Below, in pieces: positions 46,986 through 56,453 of a stretch of DNA of 64,000 nucleotides. Made by a program: the position numbers and the translations under genes. This DNA is from a virus, in IMG/VR virus record IMGVR_UViG_3300032897_000003, positions 1 through 64,000 of that record; one strand, given 5' to 3'. Position 1 is the stretch's first letter, and each line of letters starts with the position of its first letter. Below the pieces are notes generated by a model. It made no database searches. It saw nothing but the letters and a program-made list of their open reading frames with translations, and was not told the origin of the DNA.

Positions 46986-47499
46986 GGCAGTAAGGGTTGG
47001 CTGGGCTTGTCTTGGATCGGCCGTCAGGTACTGGCTAGTCTGGTCGTGGCTGCGCAGGCAGTCATGGCTGGTCGGGGCGTCGATTGGCGTGGCCGTCGGG
47101 TTTGGGAGCGGCCAGGAAAGGCGGGTCCAGGCCAGGCAGTATGGGCTGGTCATGGTCGGGACATGAAGGCTTGGCTAGGCAGGCAAGGCGAGGTACGTCG
47201 GATCATGGGTAGGAACGGCAGGCGTCGAATGGCAAGGATGGGCCTCGGTGGCAAGGCCTGGCAGTCAGGGCTTGTCTGCGCCAGGAAGGGAATGGTTTGG
47301 ACAGGCAGGGCATGGATCGGCAGGAGCGGCCAGGATTTGTTGGGACAGGCGGGTCAAGTCGTGGAGTGGCAGGCATGGCTAGTCTCGGCGACGACAGGAG
47401 GGGATGGGCAGGAAGTGCTAGGCTTGGTTTGTACCGGATCGGAGGGGCAGGCGGGGCTAGTTGTGGCCCGGAACGAAGCGGAAAGGCAGGGCAGGCATG
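46986..47499 (+). ncRNA. Array of 12 putative guide units: GGC(A/C) + (G[G/T]H-NN)6-11
   Basis: Hand-parsed 5-nt periodicity; unit starts 46986, 47019, 47057, 47091, 47135, 47178, 47217, 47260, 47319, 47368, 47407, 47446. Confidence 0.8.
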
Positions 47500-47904
47500 G
47501 ACGTAGAGCAAATTGACTTGAACCACATCAAGAGAGCGGTGTTCGAGCTCGTCTGGAAGGAAGATGGGCGAGTCACGCTGTTCATCAACAAACACGACAG
47601 CCGCGTGTTCCCTCAACCGGGACCGGGGATTCTTTCTTCAGGCAGCAAGAATGATCGGCATCTCAAGGCCGAAAGAGATGGGATTTCAGGAACGATATCC
47701 GTCCGTTGGAGAAGTGAGAGTGGTGGAATCTCAAGCACGGCCAGCGAAGGGATCCCGCCAGTCGAGGTATTTCTTCCGTGGGAGTGCTTGGCCGGCATCT
47801 CGCTGGGCAATCCGAATGCTCCAGTGTTCGCTGGCGTTTGGGCTCTGTGGGAGGGCTTCACCTCGGACAATGACGTCGAGGTCCCGACGAAACAGATGTG
47901 CTGA
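47497..47904 (+). CDS. Possible SspB-like (ClpXP adaptor) protein
   Basis: DGISGTIS...VEVFLPWECLAGI resembles the SspB core. Confidence 0.4.
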   Translation: MDVEQIDLNHIKRAVFELVWKEDGRVTLFINKHDSRVFPQPGPGILSSGSKNDRHLKAERDGISGTISVRWRSESGGISSTASEGIPPVEVFLPWECLAGISLGNPNAPVFAGVWALWEGFTSDNDVEVPTKQMC

Positions 47905-48084
47905 CGACTATGATGTTCACGGCGAAGATAGGCGACATCCTCCGCTGGGACGCACAGTCGTGCTCGGTTCTTCTCGTGCATGCAGGCGACAATGCGGAGG
48001 CGGTGGCATTTCTGCGCAAGAACCGAGACGCCATTGTGCAGGTGACCGTCGAACTGGCCAAAACGAAGGAGGTGAAATAGCCAG

Positions 48085-48588
48085 ATGCCACAGGCGCAGC
48101 TCTTTGCCGAGGAGCCCAGAGCGGTGTTCAGTGACGACCGTCGCTACCGGTATCGACTTTGGCGAACCGTCGAGGACGTTGCGATCCTGAAGCGCAAGGC
48201 GGTGATGATCGGGCTCAACCCGAGCATTGCCGACGAACACGTGTTGGACCCGACTCTGAAGAGGTTCTTGTCCTTCTGCCGACTCTGGGGCTGCTCGCGT
48301 ATGGAGGTGGTCAACCTGTTCGCGCTCGTCAGCACTGATCCGTCCGGGCTGTACACGTGCGCTGATCCGGTCGGACCTGGGAACGACTTGGCCATCGACG
48401 TAGCTGTGGTCGATGCAGACGTCATTGTCGCATGCTGGGGAGCCCATCCAATGGCTGCGAAGCGGGCATCCGACGTGCTCAGTATGCTCGGTACCAGGCA
48501 GCTGATGTGCTTCGGGCGCAACCACGACGGCTCTCCCAAGCATCCGCTCTACCTGCCGAAGACGGCCGAGCTGTCGGTGTATGCATGA
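48085..48588 (+). CDS. DUF1643 family protein
   Basis: YRYRLWR, IGLNPS.AD, DPT, NLFA..STDP, ACWG, PKHPLY. Confidence 0.85.
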   Translation: MPQAQLFAEEPRAVFSDDRRYRYRLWRTVEDVAILKRKAVMIGLNPSIADEHVLDPTLKRFLSFCRLWGCSRMEVVNLFALVSTDPSGLYTCADPVGPGNDLAIDVAVVDADVIVACWGAHPMAAKRASDVLSMLGTRQLMCFGRNHDGSPKHPLYLPKTAELSVYA

Positions 48589-48944
48589 CCACGCTAGATT
48601 CGGTACTGGAAGTGCTGCGCGGGATGCGCATCATGTTCTCGGACGAGAAGGAGCTACAGGACGCGGTCGAGAAGGCGATGACGACCGCGAGTATCCCTCA
48701 CCAGCGAGAGGCTATCCTCGGGCCTCGCGACCGGATCGACTTCATGGCGGACGGGGGGATCGGAATCGAGTGCAAGATCGACCACAGCCGGGCGGACTTG
48801 CTGAGACAGCTGTTCCGCTACAGCAAACAGCCACAGGTGCGCGTCTTGGTTGTGGTGCTAGGGAAGCTGCGACTGTCCGCGCTCCCTACCGAGATGAACA
48901 ACATCCCCATCCACGTGGTCAACCTCGTGAGGGCCTTCGTTTGA
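48585..48944 (+). CDS. PD-(D/E)XK-like small nuclease
   Basis: RIDF....IGIECK, QLFRY. Confidence 0.6.
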   Translation: MTTLDSVLEVLRGMRIMFSDEKELQDAVEKAMTTASIPHQREAILGPRDRIDFMADGGIGIECKIDHSRADLLRQLFRYSKQPQVRVLVVVLGKLRLSALPTEMNNIPIHVVNLVRAFV

Positions 48945-51880
48945 GCGGGCAAGTCTCTCTATTCTCGAAAGTAGCCGAACCTGCGGCTAAGTCTGCACAT
49001 GCTGGGGTGGTCAGAGCGGTACGAATCTACGGGAAGGTGATCTACAACGTGGCCAAGCGGGCCTGGGAGATCGACTGCGAGCCGCAGGTAAGGCAGCGTC
49101 TGAAACGGGTGTTTCCGCGGATCAAGGCGGGAGCGGTCGACCTTTGCCTCGAGGACAACATCGACGCCGGGCGGGACCTGGCGTGGTTTCTCGATCGCTA
49201 TCCAATGGAGATCTCACCGGCAGACATGCGGCTCTTGCGCGAGCGAGAGACCGAGCACCGCGTGCTGGTTGAGGACATCGGACGGATCATGCAGTCGGAC
49301 TATGTGCCGACGGACATCACGTTGGCAATACCGCTGCGCAACTACCAGGCGCAGGCAGTCGATCTGACGAAGCGGGTGTTCGGGCTGCTCGATGCGGATG
49401 ATCTCGGAGTCGGGAAGACAGCCATTGGAATCGGATTGCTGGCCGATCCAAGGGCGCGTCCGGCGCTGGTCGTTACGTTGACCCACCTACCCGGGCAGTG
49501 GAAGCGCGAGATCGAACGGTTCGCCCCCGGACTCAACGTGCACATCCTGAAGAAGGGAACACCGTACAAGTTCGAGATCCGCGGCGGGCAGGAGTATTTC
49601 CCCGACGTCATCGTGACCAACTACCACAAGCTGGTCGGGTGGGCCGAAGAGCTACACGGCAAAGTCCAGACGGTGATCTTCGACGAGGCGCACGAGCTGA
49701 GGCGCAGCACGAGTGAGAAATACAGCGCTGCCAAGCGGGTCGCAGCAAAGTCGCGGTATAGGCTTGGGCTCACGGCAACCCCGATCTTCAACTTCGGTGG
49801 CGAGTTCTTCAATATCGCGGACGTGCTCCGCCCAGGAGATCTCGGAACGTGGGAGGAATTCTGCACGGAGTGGTGCAGTGGCTTCGCCGACAAGACGAAG
49901 GCCACCATTACGAAGCCGAAGGAGTTCGGGGCATACGTGCGCGAAGCTGGTTTGATGATCCGGCGTACGCGCAAAGAGGTTGGGCGCGAGCTGCCGCCGC
50001 TTACCATCTGCCCGCAGCTCGTCGATGCCGACCTGTTCTACTTGGACGAGATCGAGACCGAGGCCACCGCGCTGGCCAAGATCGTCTTGTCGGGAGGGGC
50101 TAACCCGTTCGAACAGCTGCGAGCAAGCCAGGAGCTGTCATGGAAGCTGCGCCAGGCCACTGGCGTCGCGAAGGCTCCTGCAGTAGCCGAGTTCACCCGC
50201 ATGCTTGTGGAGGGGGAAGAATCGGTCGTGCTGTTCGGATGGCACCGTGAGGTGTACCGCATCTGGGCGGAGCGGCTGGCCGACCTCGAACCGGTGTTTT
50301 TCACGGGAGAGGAGACTCCAGGGCAGAAGGAGGCAGCCGCGCAGGCCTTCATCGGTAAGAAAACCAAGTTGCTCATCATGAGCCTGCGGGCCGGGGCAGG
50401 CATCGATGGCCTGCAGAAAGCCTGCAGGACAGCCGTGTACGGTGAGATGGACTGGTCCCCGGCCGTGCACGAGCAGTGCCTCTCGAGCGATACCGAGATA
50501 TTGACGCCAGCCGGATTTCTCGGGGTTGACGCCGTAAAAGAGGGTGATGAGGTGGCTGCGTTCGACGCTGCGACCGGAGAGATTCGATGGGTTGCCGCGA
50601 CGAGCAAGGTGGATCGAACTCTCGGCGACGACGAACGGATGTACAGGTGCTACTCGAAGAAGGTCGATTTCCTGGTGACCGGGGATCACCGAATGGTCGT
50701 GAGGCGAAAAACCAGAACGACGGCAGGGGTTGGCAGGTCCCAGTGGGAGTTCGACATCGCTAGAAACATCGCGGGGTCGGCAAGACGCTTCATCCCTACG
50801 AGCGGGGTTCAGTCATCCGACGGTGTTCCTCTGAGTGACTATGAGCTAAGGCTGCTGGGATGGTTTGTGACCGACGGACATTTCAGTGGGCATCAATTGA
50901 TCTTCTATCAGGCTGAACAACAGCCGTGGAATGAAGACCTCGTCGAGGTGCTCAACGGATGCGGCATCGGGTGGACGCTCTTTAAGCGACGAGTCGTGCG
51001 GCCAAGCGGGGTCACAGTGATGAACTGGTACCACGTACCAAAGGGTAATTGCCCTCGGTGGTCAGAAGAGGAGCTAGACCAACTTCTGGCGGTGACAGGA
51101 CTCCCCGAGAGACTGGCTCTGGCGAAGAAGATGGGCAGAACAGAGTATGCGCTATACAAAAAACAGAGAAAGTGGGCACAAGGAGAACGCCCGGTCCCGG
51201 TCAAAAAGCGAGCTGGGCGTGGATATGAAACCTTGGAAAAATACCTCGATAAGAACCTCAGTCCACACCTCGACTCGATGACGAGAGAGCAATTGCGGGC
51301 TTTCCTTCGCGGAGTCAATATGGGCGATGGTGCGAAAGCGATGAAACTCAGCTACAAGATAACGAGCACGAACCGCTTGTTCTTCGACCGCCTCCAATCG
51401 CTCTGTGTGCGCCGTGGATTCTCTGCCAATTTGTCGACGCGCAACGCAGTCACCAAAGCAGGGAAGCCGATTTATGATCTGTGGATTGCCGACAAGGCAG
51501 AGGCGTCAGTCGCGCGATCAGGTAAACCCGGAGGTTTCGCGGAATGTGCGACCGAGTCTAAAGTTAGGGTGTGGTGCCTCAGCAATGAGCTCGGCACTCT
51601 AGTCACGCGCAGGAATGGGAAGGTCGCGATCGTCGGCAATTGCACTGGTCGTCTGTTGCGTGACGGACAACCGGATCCGGTGTTTGCCTATTACCTGCTG
51701 GCAGACTGTGGGAGCGACCCGGTCATCTCGGACGTGCTCGGGGTGAAGAGGGCGCAGCTGGAGGGGATTCGCGACCCGAGCGGAAATCTCATCGAGATGG
51801 CCCAAACTGATCCGGAACGGGTGAAGCGCTTGGCGGAGGCCTACTTAAGGCAGAGAAAAACGGCACCAGAGCGACAATAA
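48941..51880 (+). CDS. SNF2-family helicase with intein
   Basis: LRNYQ, ADDLGVGKT, FDEAH, LTATP, GAGIDGLQ, HEQ|intein|CTGRLLRDGQ. Confidence 0.9.
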   Translation: MSGQVSLFSKVAEPAAKSAHAGVVRAVRIYGKVIYNVAKRAWEIDCEPQVRQRLKRVFPRIKAGAVDLCLEDNIDAGRDLAWFLDRYPMEISPADMRLLRERETEHRVLVEDIGRIMQSDYVPTDITLAIPLRNYQAQAVDLTKRVFGLLDADDLGVGKTAIGIGLLADPRARPALVVTLTHLPGQWKREIERFAPGLNVHILKKGTPYKFEIRGGQEYFPDVIVTNYHKLVGWAEELHGKVQTVIFDEAHELRRSTSEKYSAAKRVAAKSRYRLGLTATPIFNFGGEFFNIADVLRPGDLGTWEEFCTEWCSGFADKTKATITKPKEFGAYVREAGLMIRRTRKEVGRELPPLTICPQLVDADLFYLDEIETEATALAKIVLSGGANPFEQLRASQELSWKLRQATGVAKAPAVAEFTRMLVEGEESVVLFGWHREVYRIWAERLADLEPVFFTGEETPGQKEAAAQAFIGKKTKLLIMSLRAGAGIDGLQKACRTAVYGEMDWSPAVHEQCLSSDTEILTPAGFLGVDAVKEGDEVAAFDAATGEIRWVAATSKVDRTLGDDERMYRCYSKKVDFLVTGDHRMVVRRKTRTTAGVGRSQWEFDIARNIAGSARRFIPTSGVQSSDGVPLSDYELRLLGWFVTDGHFSGHQLIFYQAEQQPWNEDLVEVLNGCGIGWTLFKRRVVRPSGVTVMNWYHVPKGNCPRWSEEELDQLLAVTGLPERLALAKKMGRTEYALYKKQRKWAQGERPVPVKKRAGRGYETLEKYLDKNLSPHLDSMTREQLRAFLRGVNMGDGAKAMKLSYKITSTNRLFFDRLQSLCVRRGFSANLSTRNAVTKAGKPIYDLWIADKAEASVARSGKPGGFAECATESKVRVWCLSNELGTLVTRRNGKVAIVGNCTGRLLRDGQPDPVFAYYLLADCGSDPVISDVLGVKRAQLEGIRDPSGNLIEMAQTDPERVKRLAEAYLRQRKTAPERQ
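50477..51640 (+). mobile_element. Intein with LAGLIDADG endonuclease (388 aa)
   Basis: CLSSDTEILT...VTGDH...LLGWFVTDG...FLRGVNMGDG...AIVGN|C. Confidence 0.9.
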
Positions 51881-51921
51881 TACCGGTGAGCGATGAGCAA
51901 GCCTTTTCGCGGGAGACGCGT

Positions 51922-52917
51922 ATGAACAAGACTTCGATCTCGTGGTGCATGAACCCCGACGGAACGCCGGGATTCACGTGGAATCCAGCAGTGGGCTGCT
52001 CTCCTGTGTCCAGCGGTTGCGCGAACTGCTGGGCAGCCGCGCTTGCTTCCACCCGGCTCGAACATCTCGCGGCGTACTCTGGTCTCACGAAGAACGGCCG
52101 CTGGACCGGATCCGTCCGCTTCTTCCCCGAGAAGCTGGCCGAGCCGCTGCGCCGTCGCAAGCCGGCCGGAATCTTCGTGATAGACATGGGCGACATCGCA
52201 ATGCTGCCACGCGAGCAGATAGCGGCCATCTTCGGCGTGATGGCGGCGACGCCGCAGCATTGCTATTTCATGCTGACGAAGCGGCCGGGCCTGCTGCGCG
52301 AGTGGTTCCGGTGGTGCGGAGATCCCGCGAGCTGGTATCCGTTCGCGGTCGAGCTGGCGAAGCATGGGATCGGATGCAACGAAGAGCTGAGGCAGACCGT
52401 CGCGAGTCATCCGTTGCATTTGCCACGTGAAAAGCGCTGGCCGCTACCGAACGTCGTGATCGGCGCCTCGGTCTGCACAAAGGCCGACCTATCCAAGCTC
52501 GACGAGCTTCACGAGATTCCGGCGGCCATTCGATTCGTGAGCTTCGAGCCGCTGCTGGAGGACCTGGGCAAGTTGGACCTGCGGGGAATAGGGTGGGCAA
52601 TACCTGGAGGCGAATCCGGCCCCCACGCCCGCCCATGCCATGTCGGGTGGATTCGCTCCATCGTCGAGCAATGCAAGCAGGCCGGCACGCGGGTGCACGT
52701 CAAGCAGCTGGGGACGAATGCGCGCGCTGTCTACAGCAAAGAATCGTTTCGCGAATGGGAGCCGATCGTCGGCCGTAAACGCATTCTGGTCTGGTCCGAG
52801 CGCGGACAGGACGACGAGTTCGAAATCCAATTCCGTGACCGTGCCGGCTCCGACCCGTCCGAATGGCCCGAGGACCTGCGAATCAGGCAACCGATTTTCG
52901 AGAGGAGCGCGCGATGA
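51922..52917 (+). CDS. DUF5131 (phage Gp37/Gp68, radical-SAM-like) protein
   Basis: TWNP.VGCSPVSSGCANCWA, LTKRP, FVSFEPLL, GGESG. Confidence 0.9.
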   Translation: MNKTSISWCMNPDGTPGFTWNPAVGCSPVSSGCANCWAAALASTRLEHLAAYSGLTKNGRWTGSVRFFPEKLAEPLRRRKPAGIFVIDMGDIAMLPREQIAAIFGVMAATPQHCYFMLTKRPGLLREWFRWCGDPASWYPFAVELAKHGIGCNEELRQTVASHPLHLPREKRWPLPNVVIGASVCTKADLSKLDELHEIPAAIRFVSFEPLLEDLGKLDLRGIGWAIPGGESGPHARPCHVGWIRSIVEQCKQAGTRVHVKQLGTNARAVYSKESFREWEPIVGRKRILVWSERGQDDEFEIQFRDRAGSDPSEWPEDLRIRQPIFERSAR

Positions 52918-53369
52918 AGACCAAACAGCAACCCGCCGAGTGGGTGAGACCGACGAAGGCGGAGAGACGCGATTGGGTTTGCAACCTTCGGTCATGTGGC
53001 CGCCGACCAGTCGTGGCGGTCAGAAACGCGACGGGAGGCGCCCGCTGCTCCTACTGTGCGAAACTCGACGGCATCAGGCTGCCGCCCGTGCGCAAGGCGA
53101 AGAAGCGCAAGCCCGCGGCGAAGGTCACGACGTGGAGCGGGTGGGGGATTCGCTGCCACTTTGAATTGACCTCATACGCGTCTGAAGAGACGGCTAGAGC
53201 TGCGCTTCGGTTGGCCGCGCCAGGGTGCAAGCTCGTCGCCCACGCCCCGAACCAGGTTTGGATCCGCGTGCGTCTGCTCGTCGGCGCCGGCTGCGACCTC
53301 GTGCTGGGCCGCGTGTCGTGTGCTCGGCTGGGGTTCGCGCTCGTCAAGTACAAGGGGATTTTGGTGTAG
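52914..53369 (+). CDS. Hypothetical protein
   Basis: Coupled ORF with Cys pairs. Confidence 0.5.
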   Translation: MKTKQQPAEWVRPTKAERRDWVCNLRSCGRRPVVAVRNATGGARCSYCAKLDGIRLPPVRKAKKRKPAAKVTTWSGWGIRCHFELTSYASEETARAALRLAAPGCKLVAHAPNQVWIRVRLLVGAGCDLVLGRVSCARLGFALVKYKGILV

Positions 53370-53371
53370 CC

Positions 53372-53728
53372 ATGACCACTCTGTCCTGCGACTGCTCGTG
53401 CGGCGATTACGATAGTTACCGCTGCTACTCCGAGATCATCCGCAAGGCCCGCAAGCCGCACACGTGCTGTGAGTGTGGAGAGGTCATCCAGACGGGAAAG
53501 TGCTACCAAGAAGCCACCGGCATCGACTGCGAGGGGACAGCATTTCGCTATCGCACATGTATCGGCTGCGCGAACATCCGCGCGAAGTATTGTCCAGGGG
53601 GCTTCCTCTTCGGCGATCTGGCCGAGCAAATCATGGACTGCCTCGGATGGGACTACCGCGACTCGCCCGAGGAAATCGTGTGCGACGAAGATGACGGGCC
53701 GTCACTGTATGGAGAACAGCAATCATGA
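53372..53728 (+). CDS. Cys-rich hypothetical protein
   Basis: RKARKPHTCCECG...TCIGC. Confidence 0.7.
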   Translation: MTTLSCDCSCGDYDSYRCYSEIIRKARKPHTCCECGEVIQTGKCYQEATGIDCEGTAFRYRTCIGCANIRAKYCPGGFLFGDLAEQIMDCLGWDYRDSPEEIVCDEDDGPSLYGEQQS

Positions 53729-54435
53729 ACACTGCAACCCCCGACCTTATCGCTACCTGTGGCGGTGGCATCATCTTCACCGCCGACAGCATCCGCGGCA
53801 TTCGCGAGGGGAGGAAGACGCGGACGACGCGGCTGATGAAGCCGCAGCCGCCCGAATGGTGCGATCGATGTGGACACACCTATTTTACTCCGAAGGGGAA
53901 AATCAGTTTTCGCGGAATCCACCAGGAACACGGTCCAGCTGAGAAGTTCATGCCGGGACCACGCTACCTTCCCGGCAAGCGCTACTACTGCAAGGAGACA
54001 TGGGGAGACGCCGATCATTACTACCAGGGCCACGTGAACGATTGTCCAAGCGTAGTTGCCTACGGCACACGCGAAGCCATTCGCTTCAATGCTGAGGAGC
54101 CTCACGAGATAGAAGCTCGCGATATCGAGAGTTGGAATTGGAACAAGATGAAGTGGCGCTCGTCAATGTCCATGCCCCGCTGGGCCGCCCGCTACGTAAT
54201 CGAGATCGACGACGTCAAGCCAATCCGCCTGCAGGAGATGACGGAGGAGATGGCATTCGAAGAGGGCTGCGATGGACCGCACGCAACCGTCATCGCTGGA
54301 GACATCAGCGAGGTGGGTCCAGATTCTCCTGTCCACGATTTGATGGATCGATGGGACGCGCTGAACGGCAAGAAAGCACCTTGGGCGAGCAATCCATGGT
54401 GTTTCAGCTATCGATTCCACTTGGTGCAGCCATGA
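53725..54435 (+). CDS. ASCH/PUA-like phage protein
   Basis: GRKTRTTR..KPQP, MPRWAAR, RLQEMTEE.A..EG, WASNPW. Confidence 0.75.
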   Translation: MNTATPDLIATCGGGIIFTADSIRGIREGRKTRTTRLMKPQPPEWCDRCGHTYFTPKGKISFRGIHQEHGPAEKFMPGPRYLPGKRYYCKETWGDADHYYQGHVNDCPSVVAYGTREAIRFNAEEPHEIEARDIESWNWNKMKWRSSMSMPRWAARYVIEIDDVKPIRLQEMTEEMAFEEGCDGPHATVIAGDISEVGPDSPVHDLMDRWDALNGKKAPWASNPWCFSYRFHLVQP

Positions 54436-54902
54436 CCCGCTACCTCATCCCCCTCGCTCTCGCCTGGGCCATCCTGCTGTCCGGCGTGTGCCGAGCCGAC
54501 GCTGCCCGCGCAGTCTCGCTCCTCTGCCCGCCCGGCAGCGCCTACCTCGCGCCGTTGGTCGATTCGGCCGCTCGGCTGTACTTGCTCCATCCCCACTTGC
54601 TGGTAGCCGTGGTCGCGCACGAGAGCCGATGCGACCCCTGGGCGGCGAGTGGCCGCGGAGACTTCGGCCTCGGCCAGATTCGCATCGGCGGGTCGGCGGC
54701 CCTGGGCGCGGCCGCGCTTGAGCTGCAGGGCCCCGCCCTCAACCTCGCCCTGACCGCTCGCCACCTTGCCCGATGCCTCGTGCTCTGCGGGGCGCTCGGG
54801 CCGGCGCTGTCGGTGTACTCGGGACATCGGCGGTGCCGAGCAAGCAGGTACAGTCGCGCGGTGGTCGCGCTGCTGAGGATGACGTTTCGGGAAAGGAGCT
54901 GA
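54432..54902 (+). CDS. SLT lytic transglycosylase with signal peptide
   Basis: AVVAHESR, GDFGLGQI, YSG; hydrophobic N-terminus. Confidence 0.75.
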   Translation: MTRYLIPLALAWAILLSGVCRADAARAVSLLCPPGSAYLAPLVDSAARLYLLHPHLLVAVVAHESRCDPWAASGRGDFGLGQIRIGGSAALGAAALELQGPALNLALTARHLARCLVLCGALGPALSVYSGHRRCRASRYSRAVVALLRMTFRERS

Positions 54903-55108
54903 CCCATGTTGACCAGGAAACGAATCGCGGAGCTGGGATCCGAGGTAGAAGAGGGCCTGGGAGGCAGGATATCCGACGACGACCTTTTTGACCTGCTGGC
55001 CATGGCCGACCCGGCCGAGCGAGAGAAGGACCGCGAGAGATGCCGCCGAAAGGCCGAGGCCGAGAGACGATTCAAGCAGACGTTGCCATTTGCAAGGGAG
55101 AGGTGACC

Positions 55109-55543
55109 ATGGAAGCGCAGAAGATGATGACCGAAGAAGAGATGGCGCTGGAGATTGCGAACGCGTGGCGAAAAGGAAAAGCTGCTCCGCCGATTCCAAG
55201 ATCGGAATGGGGAATGGACAGCTGGCCTGGCAGCTGGGAATGTGCTCACGTAGCCCTCGCCAAAGCACGCGAGATGCTCTGCCCTCCGCTGGAGGCGCGG
55301 ATCAAAGAGCTGGAGGAGATGCTACAGGCGCAGGGCCGGGCGGTGCAACCGGCAGCGCCCCAATCAGCGCCGACGGTGGTCTCAAACACCGCAACAAGGA
55401 CGGTGAATTTTGGACCCCAGCCCACGCCGTTCCGCTGGTCGCCGGAGACGGTTGAGGCGTGCAGGGCAGCTCAAGAAAATGGTCAACGAGGGCTGGCTAC
55501 CATGCTGATGATCGCCGACATCGCCAGGGGAGGTGCAGAGTGA
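55109..55543 (+). CDS. Hypothetical protein
   Basis: RBS GAGGTG. Confidence 0.6.
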   Translation: MEAQKMMTEEEMALEIANAWRKGKAAPPIPRSEWGMDSWPGSWECAHVALAKAREMLCPPLEARIKELEEMLQAQGRAVQPAAPQSAPTVVSNTATRTVNFGPQPTPFRWSPETVEACRAAQENGQRGLATMLMIADIARGGAE

Positions 55544-55812
55544 CCCAAGACGCAAGCGTGCTACAACAGGAATTCAACGCAGCGGTGGTACTCACCGAGG
55601 CTAGGTTGCAGGAATTGGACAACGCTCGTGATGCGGCCAGGCCATCTATGCGATTGCGTCCTCAACTAAGCATCGACGGCAATCAATGGTGCGCGCTGTT
55701 CGGGCAGTCTTTGCAAGACGGCGTGGCTGGATTCGGGGAATCTCCAGACGCTGCCTACAAGGATTTCGACCGAGCGTGGATGGAATCTCTGAAGGACAGA
55801 GGTGCAAAGTGA
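55540..55812 (+). CDS. Hypothetical protein
   Basis: DGNQWCALFG..LQDGVAGFGESP; coupled ORF. Confidence 0.65.
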   Translation: MTQDASVLQQEFNAAVVLTEARLQELDNARDAARPSMRLRPQLSIDGNQWCALFGQSLQDGVAGFGESPDAAYKDFDRAWMESLKDRGAK

Positions 55813-56120
55813 GCTTCCCGACGATCGGCGAGCATGTCTTGATTTACTCGGAGCTGGACGGATGGGTGGACGACGTGGTGATCACAGAAGTTGACCGGCG
55901 CGGTCCAGGTTTTCGTGTTCGACGTCGATGGCGTGGTGACGTATTGGCACAACGGAGGCCGGTCACTCTCGGTGCGAGAGGTGATCGTCGAGGCTGCCAG
56001 GTGTCAGCGCGCGAAGATGAAGCTCGCGGAGCTGGAGCGCTTCGCCGAGCGGGTGATTCCGAGGAATGGGTGAGGGCAGCGTAGTCCTGGAGCTCGGTGG
56101 CTTGATGTAGCAACAATGAG

Positions 56121-56408
56121 GTGATGACCATGGACCGACCACGCTCAGAATGGGACAAAATCGCCTTGAGTGCTGGGCAAGTGTGGAAACTGGACAACAG
56201 CGGAGATGTGTTCAGGTTGGAAGAAATCGACGGGCAGAGTGACCGAGGCGATACCTGGAGGGTGAGCTTCTTGAACCGGCAAACTCGGCTACCGGATGGA
56301 GAGGTGAGCTTTCTGTTCGCCGAGACCATCAAGCGTAGGTGCAACTACCTAGGAATGGACAGCGTCATTGTCGGCGATGGGGTGGCTCATGCCAGCGCAG
56401 CAGGGTGA
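56121..56408 (+). CDS. Hypothetical protein
   Basis: RBS GAGGTG. Confidence 0.5.
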   Translation: MMTMDRPRSEWDKIALSAGQVWKLDNSGDVFRLEEIDGQSDRGDTWRVSFLNRQTRLPDGEVSFLFAETIKRRCNYLGMDSVIVGDGVAHASAAG

Positions 56409-56453
56409 GGATTTGAGAAAACTTTTTTACACAGACGTGGTAGACTCTTCCGC

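Noticed and set aside
46986-47499. Canonical CRISPR array or G-quadruplex tract
   Set aside because: No identical 23-47-nt repeats; the G-runs are mostly GG and often replaced by GT, CG or TG while the phase is kept
46984-47516. ORFs 46984-47166, 47007-47516 and 47297-47506 over the array
   Set aside because: The G/W/R/Q-rich translations are a by-product of the 5-nt periodicity, which does not fit codon structure; no clear RBS
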